Shown here: positions 10,058 through 19,741 of the stretch, piece by piece
How positions within the stretch are numbered: the first letter of the stretch is position 1
How the letters are laid out: each line of letters opens with the position of its first letter
From: Syntrophales bacterium
Lineage (GTDB): Bacteria > Desulfobacterota > Syntrophia > Syntrophales > UBA2210
Assembly: GCA_963666365.2 (NCBI GenBank)
Contig: CAXXNF010000001.1
Span: forward strand, 480,001-544,000
DNA: 64,000 bases
Reading direction: 5' to 3'
Notes under the pieces: model-generated
The model's input: the letters and a program-made list of their open reading frames with translations, nothing else
What the model was told of the DNA's origin: nothing
Database searches by the model: none
Position numbers and translations under genes: made by a program

Positions 10058-10149
10058 GAATCGCAAGTCCCTTTACTTTTCCTTTGATATCAAGCTTATA
10101 AAGTTATTTGGAAGGCATGTAAAGCCTTTTCTCTTTTCACCCCCCCCCC

Positions 10150-11205
10150 TTACAGAGGGCCTTTTTTCTCCCTGTGCACCTTGAGAGAAATCTCTATCAG
10201 CTCAGAAAGAATCATGGACGGAAGCATGCCCGCCTCCGCCCCCTGTTCAAAGAAAAAGGACGATGGGGCCATGCCCGATGATGAATTGGGATCAGTAATA
10301 ACTACCACGGCGCCTTCGAGGACAAAACCATCTATGCGGCCGTAGGATCTGAATCCAAGGCTCTTGAAGGCCTTCACCACCTCCTCTTTGATCGCGGCAA
10401 CCGCAGTGGAAGATATATGTTTGGGCGGCGTATATTTTCTGCACTTGCCCGGCATATACTTATCATTATAGCTGTAAAAGTCGCTTTGGGGATTTATTTC
10501 CGTTACGGCAAGCGCATAGGGTCCGTCATTCCCTTCGAGCACAATAGAGGAAAATTCGATCCCCTCGAGGTATTCCTCCACCAGAATCGTTCGATCCCAG
10601 ATCAGGGCCGCTTCCATTCCCCGGGCCAGCTCCTTGCGGTCCCGCACAATGGTAACCCCGTAGCTGGAGCCTTCCCGCGTCGGCTTGGTCACCAGGGGCG
10701 TCCCGAATTCCCGGATCAGCATCTCTTCGATCCCCCGCGGGTCACGCTTCCATGCCCCTTCATCGACAACCATGCTCCGGGGCACGAAAATCCCGGAGGC
10801 TTTCAGTACCCTTTGCTGTATTTCCTTGTCCATCCCCAGTGCCGACGCCAGCACGCCGGGACCGGTATAGGGAATCTGGAGCAATTCCAGCATCCCCTGT
10901 ATGCACCCGTCGTCTCCGTACTTGCCGTGAAGGGCCAGAAAAGCGAAATCGATTGCCTGCGGAAGTTCCTCGTAGGCGATGCGGCGGGCCTCCGATTCGA
11001 GACGCTCCGAAATATCGACCGTTGTATTCTGCGACACAAGCTGCCAGGGCAAAATCCAGAGTCCTCCCCGGTCATCCATGAATATGGGAATTGAGTCGTA
11101 GCAATCCCGATCCAGGTTGTCATACACATTCCTGCCGCTGTTCAGCGACACCTCCCTTTCCGAGGACATGCCGCCCAGAATGATGCCGATCTTCAGCCGC
11201 TCCAT
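10150..11205 (-). CDS. ddl: D-alanine--D-alanine ligase family protein (paralog A)
   Basis: GGMSSEREVSLNSG, LHGKYGDDG, KPTREGSSYG, FYSYNDKY, RIDGF, DPNSSSGM. Confidence 0.9.
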   Translation of the reverse strand: MERLKIGIILGGMSSEREVSLNSGRNVYDNLDRDCYDSIPIFMDDRGGLWILPWQLVSQNTTVDISERLESEARRIAYEELPQAIDFAFLALHGKYGDDGCIQGMLELLQIPYTGPGVLASALGMDKEIQQRVLKASGIFVPRSMVVDEGAWKRDPRGIEEMLIREFGTPLVTKPTREGSSYGVTIVRDRKELARGMEAALIWDRTILVEEYLEGIEFSSIVLEGNDGPYALAVTEINPQSDFYSYNDKYMPGKCRKYTPPKHISSTAVAAIKEEVVKAFKSLGFRSYGRIDGFVLEGAVVVITDPNSSSGMAPSSFFFEQGAEAGMLPSMILSELIEISLKVHREKKGPL

Positions 11206-11265
11206 TTTATTACTACCTTTCAGGGCGTGTAAGGTTCTACGTTCTACGTTCTACGATCTGTGTGT

Positions 11266-13230
11266 TTATAATTCCCAGCTGAAGGCCACGCCGCTGTTCG
11301 GAAAGACCCAGTTGTCGTCGTTCAGTTTCAGCTGTATCGATTCTCCCTGTTTCGACACCACCTTCGGGTAAGGGTGCTTCCCTGCAAAAAAGCTGGTCTC
11401 CCGGACGTTTCTTAAGGACACGCCCGCATAGTCGAAACAGATTTCCAGACCCCGGGTGGGATAGGCCAGAAAAAGTGAGAAGGCATTGCTGGCCTTGAAT
11501 TTCTTCGTCACGATCTCTATTTCAACCTTTACGGCACTGTTCACCTTTTCCTTCAGATTATCGCCGCCGCACCATATTTCGTACCCTCGTTCGGTAGTCT
11601 CCCTTTCGAGAACCGAAACGTCGCACTCGTCAATCCTTACCCGTTCCACCATAAAATCCCGTTCCTGAAAGAGATCCGTCCGTCCCGGAAGGAGCCACCG
11701 GTATTCACATCGCTCCTCCTCAAAGAGGGCGGAAAGTTGCTCATTATTGAGGGCACAACCGATCAGGAACACATCGCTTCTGAGCACCTTCGTGTATTCG
11801 ATGTGGGTGGATACCTTGAAGTAATCCCTCACCGCCGCATCTTCCCGCTGTTCCTCTTTTGAAAAATTGCGGACCTTGATGAAATATTTGAACCCCTCCC
11901 TCAGTTCGAGCTGACGATTCTCCTTTCCGAAGAGCGTTTCAAACATTTCATAGTAGATGGCGTCGCCCATTTCGATGCTGGAGGCCCTTGCCTGCAAACA
12001 GCTTCTGATAATGCTGTCGATGCGGACGAGGGAGCGTTCCTCGTGAGGAACAAATATACGCCTCAGGCGTGGTTCCACCGCACCGGGCGCCCCTTTGTTG
12101 ACAAACACTCTCGGCGCCCGCTTTCCCAGTACGCAGAGCACCTCGTAACTTATGGTGCCGGCCTTGCGGGCGATCTCTTCAGCCGAAAGGTATTCTCCAC
12201 CTTGTGTCCCCATCAGCACCACCTCGTCGCCAATGGCACAGTCAGGCACATCGGTCACATCGAGGGTGCACATATCCATGGACACCCTTCCCACTACCGG
12301 CACACGTTTCCCCCTGACAAGCGCCTCGGCCCTGTTGGACAGAATGAACCCGAACCCGTCGCCGTAGCCCACCGGGATGGTGGCGATTCGGGATGGTTTC
12401 TCCGTTCGATAACTTCTGCCGTATCCTATGCTGTAGCCGGCGTCAAACTCCTTTAAAAGCACCACCGTCGTCTTGAAGCTCATGACCGGGGAAAGATTCG
12501 CTTTTGACACCGTCAGGGGCGAGGGATGCACACCGTACGTCATAATGCCGGGCCTGACCATATCGAGGTTAAATTCAGGAAAATTCAACACCCCTCCGCT
12601 GTTGGCGAAATGGCGCAGAGGAATCTCGTATCCTTTTTTATTTAATAAATTTAAAATTTTATTAAAAAGCCGCCATTGATCATAGTTATAGTCGTCCTCC
12701 CCCAGCTCGCTTTGCGACAGGTGGGAGAACACCCCTTCCACATAAAGATGGTCCAGTGTCATGATCGTCTCGATCATCCCTATCGCTTCATAATGAAGCG
12801 TTCCCCCCCTTCCCATGCCGGTATCCACTTCAATATGCACGGGAACCCTCAGCCCCTCAATCGACGCGGAACGATCCAGTTCCCGGGCAAACTGAAGATC
12901 CGAAACGGAGGGTGTCAAATTGTATTTAATGATTTCATCAATTTCGGAGATGATGGCAGGGCTGAGAATAACAATAGGCGCATTGATGCCGCTGATGCGA
13001 AGCTGAATGCCCTCATCGGCGTTGGCCACACCCAGGCAGAACACGCCGTTATTCAGGGCTGCCCGGGATATCTCAATGGCCCCATGGCCATAGGCATCGG
13101 CCTTCACGACCTGCATCACCCGCACACCGGGGGCAATAAGACTCTTTATCTCGTTCCAATTATGTCGAAAGCTGTCAAGATCTATCTCTACCCAGCTTCT
13201 GTACTGTTGGGTCAATGCCATGTTCACCAC
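11266..13230 (-). CDS. alr: Alanine racemase with ~270-aa C-terminal extension
   Basis: VVKADAYGHG (PLP Lys), HIEVDTGMGR, SIGYG, GRVSMD, GTISYEVL; racemase ends near aa 380 of 654. Confidence 0.92.
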   Translation of the reverse strand: MVNMALTQQYRSWVEIDLDSFRHNWNEIKSLIAPGVRVMQVVKADAYGHGAIEISRAALNNGVFCLGVANADEGIQLRISGINAPIVILSPAIISEIDEIIKYNLTPSVSDLQFARELDRSASIEGLRVPVHIEVDTGMGRGGTLHYEAIGMIETIMTLDHLYVEGVFSHLSQSELGEDDYNYDQWRLFNKILNLLNKKGYEIPLRHFANSGGVLNFPEFNLDMVRPGIMTYGVHPSPLTVSKANLSPVMSFKTTVVLLKEFDAGYSIGYGRSYRTEKPSRIATIPVGYGDGFGFILSNRAEALVRGKRVPVVGRVSMDMCTLDVTDVPDCAIGDEVVLMGTQGGEYLSAEEIARKAGTISYEVLCVLGKRAPRVFVNKGAPGAVEPRLRRIFVPHEERSLVRIDSIIRSCLQARASSIEMGDAIYYEMFETLFGKENRQLELREGFKYFIKVRNFSKEEQREDAAVRDYFKVSTHIEYTKVLRSDVFLIGCALNNEQLSALFEEERCEYRWLLPGRTDLFQERDFMVERVRIDECDVSVLERETTERGYEIWCGGDNLKEKVNSAVKVEIEIVTKKFKASNAFSLFLAYPTRGLEICFDYAGVSLRNVRETSFFAGKHPYPKVVSKQGESIQLKLNDDNWVFPNSGVAFSWEL

Positions 13231-13298
13231 ACCGCTTCTTCCATTGCGACATATTTCGCTCCGACGCTTGTAACAGCAAATTGCTCCGGAATAAAGGG

Positions 13299-15548
13299 CT
13301 ATTTTTTCGTCATCACATATACGCCGTCCCAGCCAGGCGCCGGGGGAGTGCGCTTCAAGTCATCACATCGCACTAAATACATCTCTGCTGCATTATCGCC
13401 CGGTTTCAGATCAAGAACCCTGCGGAAACAGGAAACCGCCTCGTCCCATCGGCACTGCCGGTAATGAGCGAGCCCCTCCTCGAAAACGGTAATGTAGGAA
13501 AAGTCGGCGGCGGCGCCATCAATCACCCCCACTAATTCGTATATTTTTACGGGTCGGGCCTTCCCCTTTACCCTCACCGAGTCCAGTTCACGGCACTGAA
13601 GTACATGCTTCACCGCCTCGTAGGTAAACTCGCTGATCACGATGTTCGTGCCGTACTCTTTATTGATGCCTTCAAGGCGCGACCCCAGGTTGACACTGTC
13701 GCCCATTACCGTATAATCGAACCGCATCTCCGAACCCATATTCCCCACCACCATGTCCCCCGTATTGACGCCGATCCCTATATCGAGCACCGGCCTCCCT
13801 TCTGCGGTCCACTTCGCCTGGAGCTTCTTCAGTTCCTGCATCATGTCCAGCGCCGTGCGGCAGGCGCGAAGCGGATGGTCGGGCTGATCCAGGGGAGCGC
13901 CGTAGACAGCCATAATGGCATCCCCCATGTACTTGTCCAAAAGCCCGTCATACTGAAAAACCTTGTCGGTCATAGCGGTAAGATATTCATTGAGAAGCTT
14001 CACCAGCTCTTCCGGTGAAAGCTTTTCCGACACCGAGGTAAACCCCCTGATATCTGAAAAGAGGACCGTCAGATCCTTCTTGTCACCGCCCAGTTTCAGC
14101 TTTGTCGGATCCTTGAGCATCTCGTTTATGACCGATGCCGTCAGATAGTACTGGAAGGCGCCTTTGATCTTTTTCTTTTCCCGCTCTTCCGTAATGTACC
14201 TGTAGAGGGTAATCCCCACATAGACAAAAAGAACCGTCAGCACCGGATATACCATATTCAGCCAGAGATTCCAGCCCGTGAAGACAAAGCGGTTGAAGAG
14301 CACATAGAGGAAGGCGAGCGCTATTGCAAACACAAGCCCCCAGAACGCCCTGAGCCGTGCGAGAACAGGCACCATAAGAAGCCCAAGCAGCAGTACGGCC
14401 ATAATATCAATAATGACCGCCCAGCCGGGGCGCTTGATGAAATCCTCGTGCAGAATATTGTCGATGACGGTCGCATGAATCTCTACTCCCGGGTAGACGG
14501 TGCTGAAGGGTGTCACCCGCAGATCGTAGATGCCGGTGGCTGTTGCACCCACAAGGACGATCTTGTCCCTGAACACGGCGGGATCGAGGCGCCCATGAAT
14601 GATATCGGTAATGGAATAGTAGGGAAAGGTGCCGACAGGCCCCCGATAATTGACCAGCATTCTCCCCCCCTCGTCGGTAGGGATGAGGGTCTCGTCGAGC
14701 ATCACCCCTTCCACGCCCAGTTCCGAGATGGTTGTCGCAAGAAGCGGCCAGTCGTAATACACCACCAGGGTGGCCAGGGCCAGGGAAGGATAGAGATATT
14801 CTCCAAAGGCAATCGCCAGGGGGGACCATCGGTTTGTACCGTCCACATCGGGGAAGGCATTGAAATATCCGGCATTCTCGGCAACATCGGCAAACTGTAC
14901 TATATTCGCCGCCGCGGCGTAGGCCCTGTTGATATAGGCGAAATTCGGCGCACCCACGAGCCGTACCGCCTGATACTGGGATCCGGCGATGTTTTCGGCG
15001 CCCCTTTCGATATCCTCTTCATTCAGATGGGAGGCCTCCTCCTTGCTCGTGTAGAAAAAGTACCCCAGGGTGACATTGCCGGCCCGTTCGATCGCCTCTG
15101 CCAGGGCGCTGTCCGTGTCGGCCTCCTTTTTACGGCCCTCCAGCAGCTCATCGATGCGGCCGTCCTGAACCCCCAGGGTTTCAAGCTCCGCCGATATCCG
15201 GCCTATTTCTTCGAGACCGGCGTTCTCGTCCGGTTCGGCAAAGACAATATCAAACCCCACGGCCTTCGCGCCGTATTCGCCGAGTCGATCCACCAGCTGG
15301 GCGATTACCGTCCGTTTCCAAGGCCATCGTCCCAGTTCGCTCAAGCTCTTCTCGTCGATGGTGGCGATCACCGTCTCGCCGCCGGGCGCCTCGGCGCCCC
15401 GGGAGATAAACCGCAGGTCCAAAGCCTTCAGCTCCATAAACTGGAAAAAGGGAACTTTTATAAAATAGAGCACCAGCGCGATCAATACCACCAGAATTGC
15501 AATCTTCAAAGGGGATGCGGTGACGAAATACTTCAAAAGCTTTTTCAT
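13299..15548 (-). CDS. CHASE2-domain class III adenylate/guanylate cyclase
   Basis: CHASE2 (LGRWPWKR, PGVEIHAT), three TMs, FSDIRGFT, DKYMGDAIMA, DYTVMGDSVNLGSRLEG. Confidence 0.93.
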   Translation of the reverse strand: MKKLLKYFVTASPLKIAILVVLIALVLYFIKVPFFQFMELKALDLRFISRGAEAPGGETVIATIDEKSLSELGRWPWKRTVIAQLVDRLGEYGAKAVGFDIVFAEPDENAGLEEIGRISAELETLGVQDGRIDELLEGRKKEADTDSALAEAIERAGNVTLGYFFYTSKEEASHLNEEDIERGAENIAGSQYQAVRLVGAPNFAYINRAYAAAANIVQFADVAENAGYFNAFPDVDGTNRWSPLAIAFGEYLYPSLALATLVVYYDWPLLATTISELGVEGVMLDETLIPTDEGGRMLVNYRGPVGTFPYYSITDIIHGRLDPAVFRDKIVLVGATATGIYDLRVTPFSTVYPGVEIHATVIDNILHEDFIKRPGWAVIIDIMAVLLLGLLMVPVLARLRAFWGLVFAIALAFLYVLFNRFVFTGWNLWLNMVYPVLTVLFVYVGITLYRYITEEREKKKIKGAFQYYLTASVINEMLKDPTKLKLGGDKKDLTVLFSDIRGFTSVSEKLSPEELVKLLNEYLTAMTDKVFQYDGLLDKYMGDAIMAVYGAPLDQPDHPLRACRTALDMMQELKKLQAKWTAEGRPVLDIGIGVNTGDMVVGNMGSEMRFDYTVMGDSVNLGSRLEGINKEYGTNIVISEFTYEAVKHVLQCRELDSVRVKGKARPVKIYELVGVIDGAAADFSYITVFEEGLAHYRQCRWDEAVSCFRRVLDLKPGDNAAEMYLVRCDDLKRTPPAPGWDGVYVMTKK

Positions 15549-15714
15549 AGGCGCCCTTCCTTTCCAAACTGTACGAAAATAGTATCAAAAGGCGCTTCAA
15601 AGTCAAGACAAAGGAAAGTGATGGAAGATATTCACAACACAGTGATTTTAGGATTTGATTGCGCTTGACAAGAGGAACGTCTTACGATAGAGAGCAGTTT
15701 CACAAAATCCGAAA

Positions 15715-15790
<76 letters not shown>

Positions 15791-15798
15791 GTTATAAC

Positions 15799-15833
15799 AA
15801 AGGGTTAGCGATGATTCGTTGGCCCTTTTTCTT
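15799..15833 (+). terminator. Rho-independent terminator after tRNA-Thr
   Basis: AAAGGGTTAGCGA-TGAT-TCGTTGGCCCTTT hairpin followed by T tract. Confidence 0.65.
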
Positions 15834-15957
15834 ATTTTTCACAACATTTTTGCTACAGTCATTCTTCTTTACAGGCAATCTCAATGTGTATATACTTCTT
15901 AAGCCAGCCCAGCATTCAGAACACTTCGCATTATTCATATATGAGGAGGCAAGCATA

Positions 15958-16305
15958 ATGAGATGTCCGTTCAGGAAGGTTTGTTGCGTTTTATTTATAT
16001 TTTCAATTGTGTTGGTGTCCGTTAACGCTTTTGCACAATCGCACACAGGAAATTTGGCTGGAACAGTGATTACGAAGCAAGGTGATACGCTCCCTGGTGT
16101 ACTTGTAACATTGAGCAGCAGAGTGGGCTATTTTCAATTTATGGACACAGATGCCGCAGGCAAGTTTAAATTCTATGGTATTCCTATCGGAATGTATACA
16201 GCGAAAGCAGAACTTGAGGGATTTTTAACAGATGTATATCCAAATATAGTAATCAACTCAGATAGATTAACAACAATACAAATTGTGCTTCAGCCCGCTG
16301 ACTAG
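15958..16305 (+). CDS. Small secreted protein, carboxypeptidase-regulatory-like (prealbumin-like) domain
   Basis: GAGGAGG RBS, signal peptide ending AFA-Q, GTVITKQGDTLPGVLVTL...TDAAGKFKF...GMYTAKAELEGF. Confidence 0.75.
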   Translation: MRCPFRKVCCVLFIFSIVLVSVNAFAQSHTGNLAGTVITKQGDTLPGVLVTLSSRVGYFQFMDTDAAGKFKFYGIPIGMYTAKAELEGFLTDVYPNIVINSDRLTTIQIVLQPAD

Positions 16306-16559
16306 GAATGAACAGCATCATCCTAGCGGAAGGCGAGGCCATGAATCGGATAATCGGGTTCTGTATCGGTATATGCGCCACCCGTATACCGAAAGAAGAC
16401 AAGAAAAGAAAATTATGCAATCGGCATTCGAAATTTGACTGAATCCTGCACAACTTCTTGCACAACATTCTTCCAAAAAGACGATGAATAACGAATTTTC
16501 AAAAAGACTAAAATCAATATTTTCAAAATGTTAAGTGTAGGCTGTTTTCTCTACCATCT

Positions 16560-16647
16560 TTCGTAATCAGCAGGTCAGCGGTTCGAATCCGCTCATCGGC
16601 TCCAGTTATAACAAAGGGTTAGCGATGGTTCGTTGGCCCTTTTTCTT
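16560..16647 (+). repeat. 88-bp direct repeat of tRNA-Thr 3' half plus terminator (att-like)
   Basis: Matches 15746-15833 with 2 mismatches. Confidence 0.95.
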
Positions 16648-16859
16648 TGCTTGTATAACATTTTTATTGCCCCCCCCGTTGAAAAGTTGGTGTTCGGTAA
16701 CACGGAATTATGAGGCAACGATCCTTTTTATTCACCCCTTTCGGTAACATTTAATATGAGGCAATTCGCGCTGAAAACGTTCTCTTGACTTTATTATCAC
16801 CCGGGCGCATATTTTAAAAGAAATTAGGCATTGTCACTAGGGGAACAGCACCATTGAAC

Positions 16860-17300
16860 CCTTTCACAACGGCGATGCCATGATGAGATTATTGAAACCC
16901 CGTGCCTCAAAAGAGCAACAGAGGTTATTGCCGGCATCGGCGGCGGCAAGGTTATCGATACGGCCAAGGCAGTGACAAAAAAAATGAAGGTCACCATGAT
17001 CAGTGTTCCTACCTTAACCGGCAACGATGTTCCCTGCAGCGCCCTTTCGGTAATCTACAATCCGGACGGCGTCTATAACCGACTCATGTTCCATTTACGC
17101 AATCCCGATACCGTACTGGTAGACACCAAAAATAATCGCCGAGGCACCTGTCCGTTTTCTGGTAACGGGCATGGGCGATGCCCTGTCTACCAGTTTTAAG
17201 GCGGAGTCCTTCCGCCTGAAATATGTGCCCCCAATATGGCCGGCAGCGGGGACATCGGTTCCATGACCGGATACGCACCGGCCGGACTTCGTTATGACAG
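16860..17300 (+). pseudogene. gldA: Glycerol dehydrogenase remnant
   Basis: EVIAGIGGGKVIDTAKAV, SVPT..NDVPCSALSVIY, then a frameshift near 17130 into KIIAEAPVRFLVTGMGDAL; both ends missing. Confidence 0.8.
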
Positions 17301-17331
17301 TTAATAAGGAAGACAAAGGAGGATATCCATT

Positions 17332-18090
17332 ATGCAGCCGACCAATGAATATCTCTGGCGTATATCAGGTGAAGCCTTAGCCCTGTGCTACCGGGCTGCG
17401 CCCGGATATGAAGCCCGCCTGACTCCCGGGGCTTCCCTGGTCCTTTCCGGTGAAGCGGTAGCGGACCTGAATTATATCATTGTTGATGCGGGTCCCGCGG
17501 CTGAAACTCTTCTGCGGGAATATGTGCTTGTGGCGAAAAAGAGGAAGCTGCCTGTGCTAGTCCTGATTACGCGCACAGCAGTTGCCGGGCTGAAAACCGC
17601 AGCAGGTGAACTGTGTTTGCAGTTTCTTGAAGATTTTCCTTTGATGGTGTACCGGCCTGGAAATCCCTCCGCTGATACAGGTGATTACCAGGTCTGGCGG
17701 GTGGAAAAAGAAGAAGATGTACGGGCCTCGAATGACCTGGCGGCTACAGCCTTCGGCATGGAAGCAGCGGCCTTGAACAGGGCTTTCGGCCCGGACTTTA
17801 TACAGGGGCCGGGTGTGGACCTTTTTCTGGCAGCCCGTGACGGCCGGGTTATCAGTTCGGTACAGACCACCAGGGCAGGTTCGCTGACAGGAATCTGGGC
17901 TATGGCCTCTGTGCCGGACCAGCAAAGAAAAGGCGCGGGACACGCTTTACTGAATTACGTCATCTCCTATCATTGCGCCAGAGGGGCAAAGCTTTTTTAT
18001 CTTGAAGCTACACCCGCGGGGAAACCGCTGTATTCCAGGGTTGGTTTCCAGACCGTAGACGACTCGGAGGTCTGGCTGTATCAGCCATGA
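17332..18090 (+). CDS. GNAT-family N-acetyltransferase
   Basis: AGGAGG RBS; GIWAMASVPDQQRKGAG, LEATPAGKPLYSRVGF. Confidence 0.88.
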   Translation: MQPTNEYLWRISGEALALCYRAAPGYEARLTPGASLVLSGEAVADLNYIIVDAGPAAETLLREYVLVAKKRKLPVLVLITRTAVAGLKTAAGELCLQFLEDFPLMVYRPGNPSADTGDYQVWRVEKEEDVRASNDLAATAFGMEAAALNRAFGPDFIQGPGVDLFLAARDGRVISSVQTTRAGSLTGIWAMASVPDQQRKGAGHALLNYVISYHCARGAKLFYLEATPAGKPLYSRVGFQTVDDSEVWLYQP

Positions 18091-18107
18091 AAAAGAAATT
18101 CAGTTTC

Positions 18108-18143
18108 CCGGGGCGCGGGCCGGATGACAAGGTCCGCGCCCGG
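18108..18143. terminator. GC-rich hairpin between convergent genes
   Basis: GGGCGCGGGCC ... GGTCCGCGCCC inverted repeat. Confidence 0.5.
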
Positions 18144-18189
18144 TGTAAAGTCTTGATTATTCTATGACCTGAATAAGGTCTTTAAAGGC

Positions 18190-18667
18190 TTATTTCTCCA
18201 GAAGTTCTTCGTTCAGCTCCAGGCCCAGTCCCGGACCCTCAGGCGGGTACATAAATCCGTTTTTAACCAGGGGTACGTTTTTGGCAATATCGTCGGTCAT
18301 AGGACCGTTTACACCCAGGTTTTCATGTTCCATATGCGTTGCCCATTCATCCGAGACCAGTAAATGTACCTGCCAGGCTGTCTCAAATGCCGAATTGGGC
18401 AGGGCTTCGCACATAATGGGCAGACCGGCTGCTTTGGTTACGGCAGACCACTTCTGGGCCTGTTTGATGCCGCCCACTTTAGCCAGTTTGATAAAGAGAA
18501 TGTTGGCGGCGTCGTGCTCTATATATAATCCTGAGAAGATGGGTCAGGTCGGTGACGGACTCATCGGCGGCAATGGGAATGCCAACCTTCTGCCTTAGCC
18601 TTACGAGATTATCGATTTCCTTCCAGGGTACGGGCTGTTCCGCCATGCACAGGTCGAGTTTTTCCAT
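18190..18667 (-). pseudogene. Enolase-superfamily (muconate cycloisomerase/mandelate racemase-like) C-terminal remnant, frameshifted
   Basis: AEQPV, PIAADES, IKLAKVGGI, PEGPGLGLELNEE split across two frames; N-terminal half absent. Confidence 0.8.
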
Positions 18668-18718
18668 TTTCTTGAGTAAAGGATAACAATACTATAAACA
18701 TCGTGAGGCAGAAGGAGG

Positions 18719-19083
18719 TTGGCTATGGGACGCAATTTCGGTAAATGGATTGGAATAGCGGTAATGGCGGCGATGTTCTGCGTGGCGGGATTGGCCATGT
18801 CCGGCGAAGCCCAGGCGGATCGTTTCATATACCACGGCAACGGCACAGTGACGCACACAGGAACTGGCCTGATGTGGGCGGATAGAGACAACGGCTCGGA
18901 TGTTAACTGGTATAACGCCAAGAGCTATTGTGAGGGATATAGCGAAGGGAGAAAATCCGGCTGACGGATGCAAACGTTTCCGAGGCTGGCTACTTCTGTT
19001 TCCTCAGAGACGGCACCTGGTGCTGGGCTCACCCGTCCTACGTCGGCAACAACCGCGCCTTGCCGGTGCGGTCGGGCAATTAG
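18719..19083 (+). pseudogene. DUF1566 (Lcl) protein, internally deleted, with premature stop
   Basis: Signal peptide, GNGTVT..TGLMW, NWYNAKSYC, G*RM where GWRMP is expected, then out-of-frame C-terminus SEAGYFCF...NNRALPVRSGN*. Confidence 0.8.
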
Positions 19084-19265
19084 GTTATTTGGTCATTTGG
19101 TTCATTCTTTTTGGGTGCAGGGAGGAACCCTGCTCACTACAAAAGTATACTCTGTTTCACTTCATAATCATCAATATCCAGATTTTCAAATTTCAATTCT
19201 TGTCATTCCAGGCATATAAGTTCTTTCCGCAAATCGATTACAGAAATTAGTTGTCCCCTTGATTT

Positions 19266-19736
19266 TCAGTGTTCAGGATAGGTAGTAAGAGGCGGCGTCG
19301 TGATGGAGACTCGATTCTCCCCCATCATTTGTATCGTGATGTGTAAGCCCATGATAGAATACCAATCTCCGATCTTCAATCCTTGATCATCATGAATATC
19401 GAACCCTTGAAGAAAGAACATCTGTTCCATTGCTTTGTGCTGCATGTTGACAACGAGCTCTTTCATACCAGCATCGTCAAGATCCTTCCTCTTCCACAAA
19501 TCCGATTCCAACGTCCGGTTTTTGTTTAAGCCCATCAACGCGTTCGGATGGGCTTCGGGTCCGCTGATGTAATAATGCTTCTCAGGGTCAACCCGGAAAG
19601 AGGTATAGGATTCAGTGGCTTCCTGACTGGGGCGAAGGTGCCCATAGCGTCCGCCGGCAATTCTTGTCGCAACCATGACGACTGCCAAAACGCCGATACA
19701 CAGGATGATGATTATCTGTATGCTCATGGCTTCCAC
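19266..19736 (-). CDS. Hypothetical membrane-anchored protein
   Basis: 156-aa ORF with N-terminal hydrophobic anchor, directly downstream of the methyltransferase gene. Confidence 0.6.
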   Translation of the reverse strand: MEAMSIQIIIILCIGVLAVVMVATRIAGGRYGHLRPSQEATESYTSFRVDPEKHYYISGPEAHPNALMGLNKNRTLESDLWKRKDLDDAGMKELVVNMQHKAMEQMFFLQGFDIHDDQGLKIGDWYSIMGLHITIQMMGENRVSITTPPLTTYPEH

Positions 19737-19741
19737 AGTAT

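Noticed and set aside
16560..16604. Second tRNA-Thr gene
   Set aside because: Lacks the 5' acceptor strand and D-arm; only the 3' half is duplicated.
18962..18964. In-frame TGA in the DUF1566 gene as possible Sec
   Set aside because: It falls at the Trp of the GWR motif and the gene is also deleted and frameshifted, so it is a nonsense mutation.
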